Below, one piece after another: positions 59,957 to 64,000 of a DNA stretch of 64,000 nucleotides. The DNA is from Gammaproteobacteria bacterium (GTDB lineage Bacteria > Pseudomonadota > Gammaproteobacteria > Magnimaribacterales > AG-339-G14). Below the pieces are notes generated by a model that worked only from the letters and a program-made list of their open reading frames with translations, was not told the origin of the DNA and searched no databases. A program made the position numbers and the translations under genes. The stretch lies in the NCBI GenBank assembly GCA_019652555.1, contig BPAJ01000002.1, forward strand, positions 79,014 through 143,013. The letters run 5' to 3'. Within the stretch, counting starts at the first letter, position 1, and every line of letters begins with the position of its first letter.

Positions 59957-61297
59957 ATGAGTAAATTAAACCGATTAATTAAAGTATCTTTAGCAACAGC
60001 TTTTTTTGTGTCTCCTTTGTTGGCACAAGAAATAGATAATCAAGAAGAAAGTGATTTCGTGATTGAAATCTTATCTCTACCTTCAGAAATGTGTGATGAC
60101 TATCTCAGTAATAAAGGGTGGACTACTGGATTAAATACCTTGAAAGGAGGAAAGGAGGTTTATTTTGCAGTTGGGTTCTCAGGCATTAAGGCTCCTAAAA
60201 ATAGTCTTAGGTATGTAGATTCAATTCAAAATGCCTACACATCAGCTGCCTTGCAAGCAAAAAAAGAACTTGCAGAGTACTGGGGAAAAGAAGTTACTAA
60301 TGATTTGAAGACATCTCTGGTCGAGAGACTTTCTGAGGGTAAAAAACCTCAGGATTTACTTGCAGAAGAAAAATCTAAAAATGAAGATGGGGAACTTTCC
60401 CTCCTTGAAAAAGCAAGATTGATAATGCATCAAAAACTCAACGACATGATGAGCGATGAAACTCAAGAAAAAATTGAAAATGACCAATTGGAGGCTGAAG
60501 AACTTGCAAGAGCAATCGATAACATTACTGATCAGAATAGTTTTCAACAAACGGTGAATACTTCAGCTCAAGCACAAATAAGAGGTATGAAAACTACCTA
60601 TGCGGGACTTTCCGAAACGGGAGTTTGTGCGGTATCAGCCTGGTCCGAGAACACTTCGAAACAAGCAGACGCTCTTGCGACAGGAGACTTTAAAATTCTG
60701 CAAAATTTGAAGCCTGGAAAGCCCTTTTCACAAAGAATTCCTAATCATAAATCAGCAAAAGGAGTTGAAAAATTGTTATCTCGCTTCGGAGCTTATATAG
60801 CCAGAAATGAAAATGGTGAAATTGGCGTCATAAGTTATGGTCAAGCTTCTGCAATGAGATCTGACCCTACCGCCATGAAAAGTGCTATGAATGTCGCAAA
60901 ACTGAAAGCAGAAGCTCAAATTGCTCAATTGAGCAAAGAGAATGTTGATGTTAGAAGCAAATTAGAAGATATAGAAATTGAAACTGGATTCAAAAATAGC
61001 GATATGAAGGACTACTACTCAGAAAGAAATACCGAAGAGAGAATTGCAGCTAGCTCCAAGCTCAAAGTTTCTGGAGTTGTCCAATATGGTTCTTGGGCGA
61101 TACCTGCACACCCAATAACCAAAAAGCCAGTTGCTGGAGTCATTTTAACTTGGACTCCTTCAGATTCAAATTTAGCTAAAAAAATGAAAAAAACAGATTC
61201 TACCTCTTCTTCTAGTAAGCCTTCAGGTGGTTCTTGGTCTGAGGAAACAGGAATGACAGGAGGAGGCTCTTCTGGAGATGACGAAGAAGATTTTTAG
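59957..61297 (+). CDS. ORF-E, exported protein with two LPP20-like modules, a central coiled-coil and an acidic Ser/Gly tail
   Basis: 446 aa with signal peptide ...LATAFFVSPLLA-QE. The modules are VYFAVGFSG...IQNAYTSAALQAKKELAEY and IGVISYGQAS...MKSAMNVAKLKAEAQIAQL. The tail reads TDSTSSSSKPSGGSWSEETGMTGGGSSGDDEEDF. Confidence 0.6.
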   Translation: MSKLNRLIKVSLATAFFVSPLLAQEIDNQEESDFVIEILSLPSEMCDDYLSNKGWTTGLNTLKGGKEVYFAVGFSGIKAPKNSLRYVDSIQNAYTSAALQAKKELAEYWGKEVTNDLKTSLVERLSEGKKPQDLLAEEKSKNEDGELSLLEKARLIMHQKLNDMMSDETQEKIENDQLEAEELARAIDNITDQNSFQQTVNTSAQAQIRGMKTTYAGLSETGVCAVSAWSENTSKQADALATGDFKILQNLKPGKPFSQRIPNHKSAKGVEKLLSRFGAYIARNENGEIGVISYGQASAMRSDPTAMKSAMNVAKLKAEAQIAQLSKENVDVRSKLEDIEIETGFKNSDMKDYYSERNTEERIAASSKLKVSGVVQYGSWAIPAHPITKKPVAGVILTWTPSDSNLAKKMKKTDSTSSSSKPSGGSWSEETGMTGGGSSGDDEEDF

Positions 61298-61631
61298 TAT
61301 ATTTCTTATTGTTTCCTCCTCATTTATCTTGGCTTCAGAATATAGTTTTGATTTCAAGATTGATAAAAAGTTTGAATTTCCTGATTCTCAAGCAAGAGCA
61401 GAGGCAAATAAGATAATTGTAGAAAATGCTTATTTAGCATTTCATCAACAATCCACTTTGAATAAAAGTTGCTGGGAAAATTATTTAAAAAATAAAAAGA
61501 TAAAATTCGAAATTAAGGAGAGTAAAGTTGAGACAATCAACTTTTTTGAAAGACTTTATAGAGTAAAGTTTGATCCAAATAAAATAAGTTTTGAATATGA
61601 TCATTCAAACTACATTGACTCAGGATGTTAA
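61278..61631 (+). CDS. ORF-F, small exported hypothetical protein
   Basis: 117 aa with signal peptide MTKKIFSIFLIVSSSFILA-SE. Overlaps the ORF-E 3' end by 20 nt. Ends ...DSGC. Confidence 0.55.
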   Translation: MTKKIFSIFLIVSSSFILASEYSFDFKIDKKFEFPDSQARAEANKIIVENAYLAFHQQSTLNKSCWENYLKNKKIKFEIKESKVETINFFERLYRVKFDPNKISFEYDHSNYIDSGC

Positions 61632-61650
61632 TTTAAAAGGAGAAAGTTTA

Positions 61651-62334
61651 ATGTTGTGGCTAAAAACCTTTTTTGGGATTCTTTTTCAAACATTACTATT
61701 AGGCCTTTTTTTGTATTTACCCGCCTTTACTTTGAGTTGGTTCGAGGCATTTTTATTTCTTTGTATTCACTTTTCAATGACTATCTTGGCTTCTGGATAC
61801 TTGCTTGTTTACAAACCCGATAGCATACAAGCGCGACTAAATTACGATTCTGAAGCTCAACCCCAAGAGGATAAATTCGCAACATCTCTTATGTTTAGTG
61901 CAATTATCTTTGGGCTTTGTTTAGCTCCTATTGATATTTTCCACTTAAATTTTTCACCTGCTTTTGAAGGTTTAACCAAAAATATTGGATTAGGTATCTA
62001 CACTCTTGGAATGATACTGTTCATGGCTTCTATAAATGCAAACGAATTTGCAGAAACCACAGTAAATATTCAAGAAGAGAGAGGTCAGAAGGTTATAGAC
62101 ACAGGAGTTTACTCTCTGGTGCGACATCCGATGTATACAGGCTTTATTTTTTTTATAACTGGAGTAAATCTTTGGCTAGGAACATATCTTTCTCTTTTGT
62201 TGAGTTTAACTTTTCTTGCTATTGCTTTGAGATCAAGAATTAATATTGAAGAAAAAACTCTCCTCAATGATTTAGAGGGCTATGACGATTACTGTAAGAA
62301 AGTAAAAGCTAGGCTAATTCCTTTTTTGTTTTAA
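61651..62334 (+). CDS. Isoprenylcysteine carboxyl / phospholipid methyltransferase-like membrane protein
   Basis: ATG at 61651 with AAGGAG 8 nt upstream (the track start 61591 overlaps ORF-F). Polytopic, with GVYSLVRHPMYTGFIFF typical of ICMT/PEMT-type methyltransferases. Confidence 0.7.
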   Translation: MLWLKTFFGILFQTLLLGLFLYLPAFTLSWFEAFLFLCIHFSMTILASGYLLVYKPDSIQARLNYDSEAQPQEDKFATSLMFSAIIFGLCLAPIDIFHLNFSPAFEGLTKNIGLGIYTLGMILFMASINANEFAETTVNIQEERGQKVIDTGVYSLVRHPMYTGFIFFITGVNLWLGTYLSLLLSLTFLAIALRSRINIEEKTLLNDLEGYDDYCKKVKARLIPFLF

Positions 62335-62343
62335 AATTTCGTA

Positions 62344-63186
62344 GTGTATGAGTTATCGAATGTTTCAATAGTTATTGTAAGCTTTAACAGCGAAGAAAAA
62401 CTATTTGAATTATTTCCATCCATTCCTGAGAATTGCGAATTAATAATTGTAAATAACGCATCAAATTCTTTGCCACAAGAATTAAAAAAATCGAGACATT
62501 TTATTGAAATTCATAACTCTGAAAACAAAGGATTTGGAACGGCATGTAACATTGGTGTTACTAAAGCATCTAAAGATTTTATATTTCTCCTTAACCCCGA
62601 TACTTTTCTAAAAGATCATTGTTTAGAAAATCTATTAAAAGTTTGCAAAGATTTTCCTAATGCTTCTGCTTTTACTCCAAAAATAACTAATAAAAAAAAT
62701 AAAGAAGACTTCAAACGTCGCTCAATTCTTTTAGATAGGGGACAGTGGTTAAAAGGTCCTCCAAAGGTTTTGAGTGAAATTCCTGTGATGGGAGGTGCAG
62801 CTATTTTTTTAAAAAAAACAATTTTCTCTAAGGTAGGTGGCTTTGATGAAAATATATTTTTGTATCATGAAGATGATGATCTTTCTCTAAGGCTTAAAAA
62901 TGAAGTGGGCTCATTGATGTATTGCCCTCAGGCTAAGATTTTTCACGATGGCGGAAGCTCATCTTCAAGAAGTCCTTCAATAGCGAAGCTGAAAGGTTTT
63001 CATATGGGCAAATCAAGAGTATATGCAATGAAAAAATATCAGATTAAGAACTATAAATTGAAATGCATTTTCTTTGCTATCATTCAATTAATGTCAGTTG
63101 AAATGTTATTTTCCAAAAGAAAAAGAGCTAAATATCTTTCTTTTTATGAAGGAGTGATGGAAGGAATAAGAGAGGATTTAGAATGA
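62344..63186 (+). CDS. Family 2 glycosyltransferase
   Basis: 280 aa with a GTG start. VSIVIVSFNSEE, NKGFGTACNIG, LLNPDT, and GGAAIFLKK..F..VGGFDENIFLYHEDDDLSLR are typical of GT2 rhamnosyltransferase-like enzymes. Confidence 0.85.
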   Translation: MYELSNVSIVIVSFNSEEKLFELFPSIPENCELIIVNNASNSLPQELKKSRHFIEIHNSENKGFGTACNIGVTKASKDFIFLLNPDTFLKDHCLENLLKVCKDFPNASAFTPKITNKKNKEDFKRRSILLDRGQWLKGPPKVLSEIPVMGGAAIFLKKTIFSKVGGFDENIFLYHEDDDLSLRLKNEVGSLMYCPQAKIFHDGGSSSSRSPSIAKLKGFHMGKSRVYAMKKYQIKNYKLKCIFFAIIQLMSVEMLFSKRKRAKYLSFYEGVMEGIREDLE

Positions 63187-64000
63187 TTTTAGTTACTGGG
63201 GGAAGTGGTTTTATTGGAGCTAATTTCATAGTCAATTCGTTACATAAGAAAAAAGAGCCTATTATAAATCTAGATAAGCTTACGTATGCAGCAAATCAAA
63301 AAAATTTGAAAGAAGTTGAGACGCTGGAAAATTACTTTTTTGAAAAAGGCTCAATTGATGATTATTCACTGCTATCTGCTTTGTTAAAAAAATACCAACC
63401 AAGGTTGATTATCAATTTTGCAGCAGAAAGTCATGTTGATCGTTCTATTTCAAGTTCCGATGAGTTTATAAATACAAACATAATAGGTACTCATACTCTT
63501 TTAAAGGCTTGTTTAGTTTATTTTGAAAGCTTGAAGGGTGAAGAAAAAGACGCATTTAGATTTATTCAAATTTCAACGGATGAAGTTTACGGCTCTTTAA
63601 AAGATTCTGATCCACAGTCTATAGAAGAAAGCCCATACTTTCCTAATAGTCCTTATTCAGCTTCTAAAGCTTCAGGAGATCATTTAGTAAGAGCTTGGCA
63701 TGAGACGTTTGGGCTTCCAACAATTACGACTAATTGCACAAACAATTACGGCCCCTATCAGCACCCAGAAAAACTAATTCCCAAGATTATCAATCACTGT
63801 TTAAACGATGAAAAATTACCAATTTATGGCGACGGAAAAAATATTAGAGATTGGCTCTATGTATTAGATCACTGTGAAGCAATATCGATGGTTGCTGAAA
63901 AGGGCAAAATAGGAGAAACGTATAACATAAGGGGAAAAAATGAAATTGAGAACATTAGTGTTGTACAAAATATATGTACCTTATTAGACGAACTCAAGCC
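63183..64000 (+). CDS. rfbB: dTDP-glucose 4,6-dehydratase (partial, runs off the right edge)
   Basis: ATGA overlap with the GT2 stop. MILVTGGSGFIGANFI, ESHVDRSI, the catalytic YSASKASGDHLVRAW, and NCTNNYGPYQHPEKLIP. Not in the track because no stop is reached. Confidence 0.92.
   Translation, partial: MILVTGGSGFIGANFIVNSLHKKKEPIINLDKLTYAANQKNLKEVETLENYFFEKGSIDDYSLLSALLKKYQPRLIINFAAESHVDRSISSSDEFINTNIIGTHTLLKACLVYFESLKGEEKDAFRFIQISTDEVYGSLKDSDPQSIEESPYFPNSPYSASKASGDHLVRAWHETFGLPTITTNCTNNYGPYQHPEKLIPKIINHCLNDEKLPIYGDGKNIRDWLYVLDHCEAISMVAEKGKIGETYNIRGKNEIENISVVQNICTLLDELK

Noticed and set aside
55688-61631. Calling the operon a curli (csg) locus or a flagellar flgO/P/T locus outright.
   Set aside because: There is no CsgA/CsgB-like Gln/Asn repeat subunit and no CsgE/F-like sequence that I can recognise. 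No flagellar structural genes are in the window. The signal peptides lack the lipobox expected for CsgG or FlgP. The similarity is at motif level only, so it is kept as a hypothesis in the findings.

Overview
AT-rich, tightly packed bacterial chromosome segment starting in the replication-origin neighbourhood of a gammaproteobacterium. From 1 to 17.9 kb it holds dnaA (partial, minus strand) divergent from rpmH-rnpA-yidD-yidC-mnmE-mnmG-rsmG-parA-parB-atpBEFHAGDC-glmU-glmS, all on the + strand, which is the classical gammaproteobacterial order. The low GC, 1-30 nt gene overlaps, near absence of intergenic DNA and scarcity of terminators suggest a streamlined marine lineage. SAR86-like is only a guess and cannot be tested here.

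From 17.9 to 54 kb lies an accessory metabolic region. It is rich in oxygenases and redox enzymes (PhyH, Rieske, TauD, Baeyer-Villiger monooxygenase, two sterol-desaturase paralogs, GMC oxidoreductase). It also carries MBL-fold hydrolases, two MAPEG proteins, lipid genes (psd-pssA), rlmN, a photolyase-family gene and many small membrane proteins.

I found no rRNA, tRNA, CRISPR array, transposase, integrase or long repeat.

There are many reading-frame lesions:
- Single frameshifts in yidC, mnmG, glmS and a GMC oxidoreductase.
- A tandem in-frame stop inside a DMT transporter.
- Three genuinely decayed genes: an FkbM methyltransferase at about 45.2-45.9 kb, a YdjA-like nitroreductase, and an alpha/beta hydrolase at 54.1-55.5 kb.

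The most interesting feature is a compact operon at 55.5-61.6 kb of six or seven proteins. Five of them carry clear Sec signal peptides and I recognise no enzyme family among them. Several carry LPP20/FlgP-like motifs, and one has a CsgG/FlgO/FlgT-like core. No flagellar or curli genes are in view, and the operon sits at the edge of a cell-surface glycan locus (ICMT-like methyltransferase, GT2, rfbB). I interpret it as a candidate undescribed outer-membrane/periplasmic ring or secretion module. This is inference from motifs only.
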